Shown: piece by piece, positions 9,801-16,547 of the stretch
How positions within the stretch are numbered: the stretch's first letter is position 1
Layout: each line of letters starts with the position of its first letter
Origin: Silvanigrella paludirubra
GTDB lineage: Bacteria > Bdellovibrionota_B > Oligoflexia > Silvanigrellales > Silvanigrellaceae
Assembly (NCBI RefSeq): GCF_009208775.1
Contig: NZ_WFLM01000008.1
Coordinates: forward strand, 35,206-67,205
Length of the DNA: 32,000 nt
Direction: 5' to 3'
Notes under the pieces: generated by a model
Databases searched by the model: none
Seen by the model: only the letters and a program-made list of their open reading frames with translations
Told to the model about the DNA's origin: nothing
Made by a program: the position numbers and the translations under genes

Positions 9801-9970
9801 TTTCTGCTAGCAGCAATCTAACAAAAGCTATAAATAGCAATCGAAATTACATTGAAGAAGAAACACTATCTCAAATTGTGGAAAATCTTCCTTCAGAATC
9901 TCAATTTAATACAGATTTTGATTGTGAAGGAGAAAAAATATCTGCCTCAATGTGTCTTTATAAAAAATAA
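6836..9970 (+). CDS. ileS: isoleucine--tRNA ligase, type 2 (eukaryote-like) form
   Basis: PPFATGLPHFGH (type-2 style HIGH region), KMSKSLKNYPDP, an editing-domain insertion and a length of 1044 aa. GGGAG RBS 6 nt before ATG 6836. Confidence 0.93.
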   Translation: MQVEKPAKGIDFPSVEKEMLNKWESENIFQRSISERPQNKKYNFYDGPPFATGLPHFGHFVPSSVKDAFPRYFTMKGFRVERRFGWDCHGVPVELLVQKELGLNGKLDIEKFGIPKFNKACRESVVRYTKEWRNYIKRLGRWVDMDDEYRTMDPEFMESVWNIIHKLWEKGLIYEGKFVVSYSSALGTTLSNFEASQDYRDVQDPSLTIKAKLQGKHEGKSLLVWTTTPWTLPANFAVAIDAKATYAEVHDSNSNENYYILKDRISSYWPKENSYQIIREFVGEELVNVSYEPFFNSWVEKGGKNSFKIYGTNYVLHDTGTGAVHTAPAFGEDDFNAAKEYGLPIFDHLDSNGKFIEGNIPEVVGLDFKAGDKVIIADLKKRGFIFKHETFVHSYPHCYRSGVPLMYRAVPSWFVKIQENRDLLLKMNDQINWVPDHIKTGRFGKWLENARDWNIGRSRYWGNPIPIWKNEVTGEELCIGSIAELQKYTDKKITDLHMEFIDDILIPSTKNPGTFLKRIPFVLDCWFESGSMPYAQHHYPFKRAEEFESLFPADFICEGIDQTRGWFYTLTLLSSLLFEKPAFKNVVVNGLILAEDGRKMSKSLKNYPDPMATLEDYGADSIRLFLLSSPATVAEEVRFSIEGVKESTRRVLLPLWNAYSFFATYASIDKWCPEKDLVESNNQLDKWIQLRLNDLIKNIDESMNTYQIAKVAPSIIEFFDDLNNWYIRRSRRRFWESNKEAYSTLYKVLLQATQVLAPFAPFTAEYFFGKLALTKELKQIGSVHLSILPEHREISIEEQNLLKEVSISRRVVELGRTIRVTHKLKNRQPLQKLTVGVLSKDMGAQILKHKDVICEELNVKDVAITFDPSELAKILVKPNFKVLGKSLGDKIKELQSLLNDLSQENAVKALRKETIQIKDYTLTPETILVELRPSGSNLVATDSEIVAALDPVISEELRLEGIARELVSLIQKARKSADFNVEDKMCLKLSASSNLTKAINSNRNYIEEETLSQIVENLPSESQFNTDFDCEGEKISASMCLYKK

Positions 9971-9994
9971 AATCGAAATTTTATAAATAAAAAA

Positions 9995-10012
9995 CCCCTA
10001 ATTTTTTAGGGG
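9995..10012. terminator. bidirectional terminator between ileS and the convergent 10054-10443 gene
   Basis: CCCCTAA (9995-10001) pairs with TTAGGGG (10006-10012). An A-run lies before it and T-rich sequence within and after it. Confidence 0.7.
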
Positions 10013-10053
10013 TTCAAAAGAAATTATAATTTATCATTAAAATATTTAATTTA

Positions 10054-10443
10054 TCATAAGAATATTGCTTTTAACTCAATAGAAACTTTAAAAGAGGATG
10101 CCATATCTGTTAATAAAACATGTGGAATAAAACTCATTTCCATATCTTTAATGATGTCTTTATTTTTAACTTCAACAGGGTTTTCTATTTTATCTTTAAT
10201 ATATGATGCAGAATCATATAAATGCTTAAACTCGTTTATATCATAGAAATTTGGAGTATATAAAGCACTTGGTTCAAGAAAAACAAGATTTGAAGGAGTA
10301 TTCTTTTTCTCTTTAGCTGTTAAACTCAATTGAATTAATGATGGTGAAAATACCTCAAGCCCTTTATTATTGATGGCAAAAACATTTGTACTCATCACAA
10401 AACAAAAAATTAAAAATAAAAACTTGTTCATTTTTACTGTCAT
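10054..10443 (-). CDS. secreted protein, unknown function
   Basis: AGAGG RBS 4 nt before ATG 10443 (MTVKMNKFLFLIFCFVMSTNVFA is a signal peptide). No recognisable family. Confidence 0.55.
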   Translation of the reverse strand: MTVKMNKFLFLIFCFVMSTNVFAINNKGLEVFSPSLIQLSLTAKEKKNTPSNLVFLEPSALYTPNFYDINEFKHLYDSASYIKDKIENPVEVKNKDIIKDMEMSFIPHVLLTDMASSFKVSIELKAIFL

Positions 10444-10646
10444 GGAACCTCTATTAAGTTTAATCAAATCAGCAAAATACTTGAATGATTATAAAAAGAT
10501 AGGAAAGATTACATCTAACTTGTTACATTATAACAAAGTTACATAATAAAATAAATATAAATTTTGTTATTTTAAAAATAAAGATAAATAATTAATAATA
10601 TCAGTGTTTTAAATATATAATAAATTAAAGTGGGTGTATGCTTTTA

Positions 10647-10910
10647 CTAGTTTGTATAACTTTTTTCCCTTTTTTTAAACAAACTATAGGAGTTGTATTT
10701 TTTTATAGATTCACCATGAAAAACGACCGAAGCTAAGCATTTTTCCTCACACCCATGCTTTTCAGCAAGCAGCCCTCTTAATTTACCTAAAGCAAATGGC
10801 TTAGAAGTCGTTATTGCTTTGCCGCATTTTTCACATCGAATTGTTTTTATCTCAATATCATATCTTTTTGCCCATATTTGATAATCTTCTAAAGGATATA
10901 AAATCCCCAT
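10647..10910 (-). CDS. small Cys4 (zinc-ribbon-like) protein, unknown function
   Basis: Strong RBS GAAGGAGGA 7 nt before ATG 10910. CxxC (CEKCGK) plus CxxxC (CEEKC) pairs. Confidence 0.6.
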   Translation of the reverse strand: MGILYPLEDYQIWAKRYDIEIKTIRCEKCGKAITTSKPFALGKLRGLLAEKHGCEEKCLASVVFHGESIKKYNSYSLFKKREKSYTN

Positions 10911-11244
10911 GAATAATCCTCCTTCAATTATATTGAAATTAAAATAATTAATATAAATATTGAATTAAAATATTTTACAAGAGAATGAATAATAACGAGA
11001 TTTTCAAACAAATGACGAAAAAATTTTTAAATAAATATTCAATAAATAAATTCTTATTAAAATATTAAATAAATTGAATTCAAATTTTATAGATATAAGT
11101 TAATATCATAAAATTCTTTAAAAACCGCCATTGTCTTTAAGTATCTTATATCAATAAGAAATAATTGTCAACTAACTTGACAAAATGATTTTAATTTGAA
11201 GAATTTAACCAATAAAATAAATAAAATAGATTAAAAAAACCAAT

Positions 11245-11274
11245 ATAAAAAAAAACCACTCTTAAAGAGTGGTT
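11245..11274 (-). terminator. rho-independent terminator after the Ala/Lys-rich gene
   Basis: AACCACTCT (11254-11262) pairs with AGAGTGGTT (11266-11274). On the minus strand it is followed by a 9-T run (complement of the A-run ending at 11255). Confidence 0.75.
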
Positions 11275-11298
11275 TTAAAGCATTAAACTAATTTAAAA

Positions 11299-11619
11299 TT
11301 AGTTAGAAGCAGGAGCTGCTGGAGCTTCTGCTGCTGGAGCTGCGTCTGATTTAGCAGCTTCTTTGTTAGCTTTCTTTTTCTTATGAGCAGTTTTTTTGTG
11401 CTCTTTCTTTTTGTGCTCTGCTTTTTTCTTTTCAGCAGCTGGTTTAGCTTCTGGAGAAGTTTCGCTAGCAGCAGCTGTTGTAGCAGGTTTAGCAGCTTCA
11501 GCAGGAGCGGAAGCAGCTGTAGGAGCAGCAGCAGCAGGAGCTGCTGTTTCATCAGCAAATGCGGAAGTGAAAACGGAAAGAGCAGCAGCAGATGCAACTA
11601 ATGTAGATAAAAGTTTCAT
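11299..11619 (-). CDS. secreted Ala/Pro-rich, lysine-rich low-complexity protein
   Basis: GGAGG RBS before ATG 11619, signal peptide MKLLSTLVASAAALSVFTSAFA, then AAPAAAAP.../KKKAEHKKKEHKKTAHKKKK. This frame was chosen over three other overlapping open frames because only it has an RBS and signal peptide. A TATAAT box (revcomp of 11684-11689) lies upstream. Confidence 0.7.
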   Translation of the reverse strand: MKLLSTLVASAAALSVFTSAFADETAAPAAAAPTAASAPAEAAKPATTAAASETSPEAKPAAEKKKAEHKKKEHKKTAHKKKKANKEAAKSDAAPAAEAPAAPASN

Positions 11620-11741
11620 AATAAAACCTCCAAAATGGCTACGAAAAATAATGTAAATAGAAGAGGAGCAAAATCATCCTCAAATTATACAAACGTACGC
11701 AAATCGAAATTTATTCCAACTTAAATTTTTTTTACTGAAAA

Positions 11742-13028
11742 TTATTTTTCTTCAGTATATTCAATTTTTGCTGTTTCAAGAATTTTTGCGATAACTTTAC
11801 GGATCATCACTTGTCCACGGAATTCATCATAAATTTGAGTTCCAGCACGTTTTACAAGTTCACGTGGATCCATTCTGTTTGCCATAGCATAAGCAGCTAT
11901 ATCTCTTAGCATTTCGTCATCACTTACAGAAATGCTTTCTTGGCGAGCAATATGACCAAGTGCTAAAATACCGCGAACTTGCTTATTCGCCCAATCACGA
12001 TATTTTGCACGCACAGATTCATCATCGCTTTTAACTTGAGCTTCTTTAGAAGCATTCGCATTTGCATCTGAAATAGCTCTATCAATTGTGCTTTCAATTA
12101 AGCTTTCAGCAACATCAAAATTATTTTTTGCTAAAACGTGATCCACGATTTGAGCAAATGCAGCATTGGAACGCGCATCTTCATTTGATTTTTTGATAGT
12201 TTCTATAATGTTGTTTTTTGCTTCTTCCATAGTTTTATGGCCAAGGCGTTTAGCAAACTCTTCATCTAAAGGAGCAGGAACGATAGTTTCAACAGAATTT
12301 AATACCAATTGAAACTCAACAGTCTTTCCTTTTAATTCAGCGTCTTGGTAATTTTCAGGGTAAGTAACTGCAAAAGTTTTAGAGTCAGAAGCCTTTAAAC
12401 CAATAATAGCTTCTTCAATTGCTGGAATATTAGAGCCATTTAATTCAATTAATTGAGTAACAGCTTCTTTTTCTTTTAATTCAATTCCGTCCTGAAATAC
12501 TTTGTATGTTACATTAGCAACATCACCTTTAACAACAGGTCTTCCTGTTTCATCTTTTTCAGTTTTTCCAAGAACACGAGCATAACTAGTTAATAGTTTT
12601 TCAAGCTCATTTTCAGGATTAATGTTTAAATTAGAATTCATTTTTACAGTAATATCTGAGTAATCTTTTATATCAATTTTTGGGTTGATATCTACAGTTG
12701 CAGAAAATTCAAAATCTTTATTTTCATCAAATTGATTTTCTGGTTCAATGTGTGGATAGCTAACAATTTGAAAATCAACTTCTTTAGAAGCATCTGAATA
12801 GGCTGTATTGATCACTTTATCGGCAGCTTTTTTAACGATATCACCTAAATAAAATTTGCGAATAAGAGCTTGAGGTGCTTTTCCTTTACGAAAACCTCTT
12901 ACTTCTGCAGTTTTTTGAATTTCTGAGGCGACTTCGGAAAAAGCGATTTTGATTGAAGCAGCTGGTACAGAGATTTTAAATTTACGGCGAGTGCTGTTAA
13001 CTTCTTCAATAGTTGAGGAAAATGTCAT
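11742..13028 (-). CDS. tig: trigger factor
   Basis: The N-terminal ribosome-binding signature GFRKGKAP, a central PPIase-like region, a length of 428 aa and an AGGAAC RBS. Confidence 0.92.
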   Translation of the reverse strand: MTFSSTIEEVNSTRRKFKISVPAASIKIAFSEVASEIQKTAEVRGFRKGKAPQALIRKFYLGDIVKKAADKVINTAYSDASKEVDFQIVSYPHIEPENQFDENKDFEFSATVDINPKIDIKDYSDITVKMNSNLNINPENELEKLLTSYARVLGKTEKDETGRPVVKGDVANVTYKVFQDGIELKEKEAVTQLIELNGSNIPAIEEAIIGLKASDSKTFAVTYPENYQDAELKGKTVEFQLVLNSVETIVPAPLDEEFAKRLGHKTMEEAKNNIIETIKKSNEDARSNAAFAQIVDHVLAKNNFDVAESLIESTIDRAISDANANASKEAQVKSDDESVRAKYRDWANKQVRGILALGHIARQESISVSDDEMLRDIAAYAMANRMDPRELVKRAGTQIYDEFRGQVMIRKVIAKILETAKIEYTEEK

Positions 13029-13213
13029 TTTTTGTTCCTACTTACAGTGTAATCCTAGATAAGGATGTTGCTTTAAAAGTTGCCAAGTCCGAAAAAGAGA
13101 GCATAGCAAACACGATTTGATTAGCTACGAACAATTACTAAAGAGAGGCTAATAGGTCAATACTGAAGTGCATTTTGAAATAATAAAGAAGAAATTTTTA
13201 CAAAATTTAAGGA

Positions 13214-13903
13214 TTACAAGTTTGCTTTTAATGCCAAAGGCTGCAAAACATTCCAAACATCCCGTCGCCAATGAGGAAAGTCTCGTAAATCCCGAATACT
13301 AGGTAGAAAAAAGACTCTTATGGAAAGCCCGCGAATGGACATATTCGTGATTTCTGAATTTTCTAAGAAATCAGAACTATTCAGATTTTTATCTAAATGG
13401 ACTAAAGAATGAAGGGCTCGGTAGCCAAAACAGAGGATAATTTTGGGCTCTACATGAAAAATTTCTTGTGACAAATTTTGAAGACTGCATGCTTTAATTG
13501 CATTTTCAGGCAATCCTCGCTCAGGAACACATTTTATTGCAAAAGAAAAGTGACAACCATTTAATATATTTAATTTATTCATCAAATTTAATACAATAGA
13601 GGAAATTGGAGAAAGAATTGAAAAAACCTCATTGCTTTCTTCATCAACTGTATCTGGAAAGTCAGATAAAACAAAAAAAGGTTTTGAATTCATTTTTGAT
13701 TCAACAAGTACCCTTTTTCTTTTGTCAGAAAGAGAACATGCGGAGCATTTAGAAATATTTAAAAAGGGGCTTTCTTTTTCTTCAACTTGAGAATGAGTCT
13801 GAATAAAAGCGGGATCCAAAATTGGAAAACGAACCATTCCTTCATTGATGCCTAAAAGTAACTTATCTTTAATTTGATTTTGTATTTTTTGTAAGTCACT
13901 CAC
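13214..13903 (-). CDS. uracil-DNA glycosylase superfamily (family-4-like) protein with divergent catalytic motif
   Basis: Family-4 UDG topology: CSACSL..R (Fe-S Cys pair), AIKCVPER....ACSLQNL (second Cys pair) and PKIILCFG. The position of the GE(A/G)PG motif reads SDFPD. GTG start at 13903 with AGGAGAG RBS 7 nt upstream. Confidence 0.45.
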   Translation of the reverse strand: MSDLQKIQNQIKDKLLLGINEGMVRFPILDPAFIQTHSQVEEKESPFLNISKCSACSLSDKRKRVLVESKMNSKPFFVLSDFPDTVDEESNEVFSILSPISSIVLNLMNKLNILNGCHFSFAIKCVPERGLPENAIKACSLQNLSQEIFHVEPKIILCFGYRALHSLVHLDKNLNSSDFLENSEITNMSIRGLSIRVFFLPSIRDLRDFPHWRRDVWNVLQPLALKANL

Positions 13904-13994
13904 ACTAAGACTCTCCTAAAAAAGCTAAGAGTATTGATTGGTATAAGCCGTAATTTAATTATATAATTTTGTAAAGTGATTCTAAATTAAAAAT

Positions 13995-14756
13995 TTATAT
14001 TAGTTTTTCTGCTGCTTTCTCACCAATATCTTCGCGACGAGGAAGAGCTTTTGTATATTTAATAATTAAACGTTCTAGTATTGGAAAGAATTGAAAATAA
14101 GTTAACACAGGATTCATCCAACCAGTAGTAATACAATAGTATTTATTAAAAGGAACTGTATGATGTATTTTATGATGTTCAGGATTTAATAAAATTCGTG
14201 TTTTTTGCAGAAAACGTAGAAATTTATTAGGATTTTTACTATGCGCCCATTTATGAATTTGATTTGTAAATAAAACAAAAAAAGTCATAAAAAAAACAAC
14301 GTAAACAATAAAAGATGTTACTTTAAAATTATTGCCAATATTTAAAAAAAGACAAACAAACAAAACAGGTGTTCCGGCTAAAGCACAAGCTGCATTTGTT
14401 TCAACAAAATCATGTCGAGTAATAGCAAGTTCATCGACGTGGTGTTCGCGAAAAGGACGAATTAGAGCAGGTCCTAAAAGAGGAATATCTACAGACCCCC
14501 AAGTATCACCAGCCCAATGAACAACTCCCCCTAAAAAATCACTTAAAACCCAACCCAAGATGAGTGCAGGAATAGATAAGAACCATAAATCAGAAAATGA
14601 AAATATGATTCTCCAAATAATAATAGCTGAAAAGGTAAAAAATAAAAAAAGACCTAAATATTCAATAAAACGAAACCATTTAGGATAGCCATTTGCAAGT
14701 TCTTCATGATTTCTTTGCACAATATCAGATGAAGCGGTCTTTCTCTCATCTTCCAT
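13995..14756 (-). CDS. carF: CarF/TMEM189 (PEDS1)-family membrane lipid desaturase (plasmanylethanolamine desaturase-like)
   Basis: Histidine-motif pattern of the family: HWAGDTWG, FREHHVDELAITRHDF, NQIHKWAH and HHKIHH...YYCITTGWMN, plus multiple TM helices. The start is probably ATG 14756 (GGAG upstream); the track's GTG 14789 is also possible. Confidence 0.8.
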   Translation of the reverse strand: MEDERKTASSDIVQRNHEELANGYPKWFRFIEYLGLFLFFTFSAIIIWRIIFSFSDLWFLSIPALILGWVLSDFLGGVVHWAGDTWGSVDIPLLGPALIRPFREHHVDELAITRHDFVETNAACALAGTPVLFVCLFLNIGNNFKVTSFIVYVVFFMTFFVLFTNQIHKWAHSKNPNKFLRFLQKTRILLNPEHHKIHHTVPFNKYYCITTGWMNPVLTYFQFFPILERLIIKYTKALPRREDIGEKAAEKLI

Positions 14757-14867
14757 AATAAACACTCCATTTTTAGAAACTAAAAACACAAGATCCCATT
14801 ATGTTATCATAATTTAAAATTTTTTAAAATAGAGTCGAAAATTTATAAAAACGGCAATAATTTATCT

Positions 14868-15374
14868 TTAATCTCTGTTTTTTATAATATCTTTTAAAAC
14901 GGCAAAAACTTCATCAACATGGTTAGCTACTTTTACTTTTCGCCATTCGGCAATAATAAGCCCCTCAGGGTTGATTAAAAAAGTGGAACGTTCAATTCCC
15001 ATATACTTTTTTCCATACATGCTTTTTTCTTTCCATACTCCAAATGATTCGCAGAGCTTTCCTTCTTCATCGGATAATAGCAAAAAACTCAAACCTTCTT
15101 TTTTCATAAATTTTTGGTGACTTAAACAAGAATCTTTACTAACTCCAATTACATTGCAATTAAGAGAATTAAATAATTTTAATTTTTTTTGAAAATCATT
15201 AGCTTCAATTGTGCATCCAGAAGTCATGTCTTTCGGATAAAAATAAATGATATTCCAATTACCTAAAATATCTTCATTTGTTACCTTATTAGACTCTGCA
15301 TCTAAAACAGAAAATTTTTTAACCTTAATTGGCTTTAATAAAATTGGTGAAATTACTTTTTTCGCTACGGGCAT
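14868..15374 (-). CDS. bcp: thioredoxin-dependent peroxiredoxin Bcp
   Basis: YFYPKDMTSGCTIEA (peroxidatic Cys motif), ~160 aa, AGAGGT RBS. It starts 11 nt after the upstream gene's stop. Confidence 0.88.
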   Translation of the reverse strand: MPVAKKVISPILLKPIKVKKFSVLDAESNKVTNEDILGNWNIIYFYPKDMTSGCTIEANDFQKKLKLFNSLNCNVIGVSKDSCLSHQKFMKKEGLSFLLLSDEEGKLCESFGVWKEKSMYGKKYMGIERSTFLINPEGLIIAEWRKVKVANHVDEVFAVLKDIIKNRD

Positions 15375-15385
15375 TTTATTTACCT

Positions 15386-16087
15386 CTAAAACAAAGGAGC
15401 CTCAACTTCTCGTTTTTCAATTTGATGTGTATTTTTTCTATGATCTGCTGTTGCTAATGCAACAGGGGAAAGATCTAAATAAGGCTGTAAATTAGGATTA
15501 AGACCCAATTGTATACTTTCAAAATCTAGGGTCGCAGTACCAGAGTTAACAACAGCAATTGGCAATTCAAATGCGTCTGCAAATAACTTTTCAAATTCTA
15601 AAACAACAGAAGATGAAGCGGATGTTAACCAAATTTGATTTGATTTTAAATTCCATAAAATTTCAGTTAGCTTCACAGATGGTAAAGTATTTTTTAAAAG
15701 TTCCTCTTTTAGTCTATCTTTAACCGATTCGCGAATTTTTTTTCCCACTTTTTTAATTGAGCCTTGTGCATCTTCTTTTTCGTGCCCTAAAGCATCAAGA
15801 GCGGCTCGTAATTGTAATTTCATATAAGTCGCAGGAATTTTTTTCTTATCGGAACGCATTCCAAATAAAAATACGTTTTCATAAATCAAGGAATGAGGAT
15901 TGTCTATTTTTGCTTCACCTGTAAATGGATGACAAAAACCAGATGCTTCTTCCCTTGTATCATCAAGATCTATTGGAGAAATGAAAGCTTTTTGCACACG
16001 CTCTAATATCCACTGAAAAGAAATATCTTTACTTGGGGATAATATTTGAAAGCGCTTAATCGCTAGAGATCCAGTTGCAATAGGCAT
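15386..16087 (-). CDS. RdgC-like recombination-associated protein (short form)
   Basis: The pattern resembles RdgC family proteins of delta/oligoflexia-type bacteria: N-terminal GSLAIKRFQI, SGF...F, MRSDKKKIPATYMK and KKIRESVKDRLKEELLKNTLP. Called from remembered family features only. Confidence 0.45.
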   Translation of the reverse strand: MPIATGSLAIKRFQILSPSKDISFQWILERVQKAFISPIDLDDTREEASGFCHPFTGEAKIDNPHSLIYENVFLFGMRSDKKKIPATYMKLQLRAALDALGHEKEDAQGSIKKVGKKIRESVKDRLKEELLKNTLPSVKLTEILWNLKSNQIWLTSASSSVVLEFEKLFADAFELPIAVVNSGTATLDFESIQLGLNPNLQPYLDLSPVALATADHRKNTHQIEKREVEAPLF

Positions 16088-16140
16088 AATCTGTCTTTCT
16101 TTTGAATAATTCTAAATTTATATCTTATCATAAATAATAA

Positions 16141-16500
16141 GATATCTTCTAACTTACATTTTATCAAAAAAATTACAAATAAAAAAATAAAAAAATGCTT
16201 ACCATAATAAAAATTTTATTAGGATAATGAATCATTTTTATAATTTTAAAATTATGAGATATTTTTAATAAATTTTTTATTAAAAATTTTAAATTTATTT
16301 TTCATATTAATATAATTATATTTTATATAATAGATTACCAAAAAAATTATTATATATAAAATTTCTAGCATAAACTTACATTTCAATAAATTATTTATTA
16401 TATATTACAAATAATTATAAGTTATAAATTATTTTTAAACTTTTCTATAATTTCACAAAATAAAATTTGATTTTTAATTGCATATAAAATAAACGTAAGA
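16141..16500. other. extremely AT-rich intergenic tract upstream of the M9 protease gene
   Basis: Hand count gives 39 G/C in 360 nt (~11%). One 60-nt line (16261-16320) has a single C. There are many A/T tracts. Confidence 0.8.
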
Positions 16501-16547
16501 AACATTCAAAGGACTGAATGGGAATCTAAACATGGAGGTTTTTTTTT

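Noticed and set aside
11283-11656. Three additional ORFs (104 aa minus, 72 aa plus, 86 aa plus) overlapping the Ala/Lys-rich gene
   Set aside because: They are a consequence of GCN/AAR-rich low-complexity DNA lacking stops in several frames. Only the 11299-11619 minus frame has a strong RBS and a signal peptide.
16240-16255. Perfect 16-bp palindrome ATAATTTTAAAATTAT and other A/T dyads in the protease upstream region
   Set aside because: In ~11% GC sequence such A/T-only palindromes arise readily by chance. Nothing singles this one out as a binding site.
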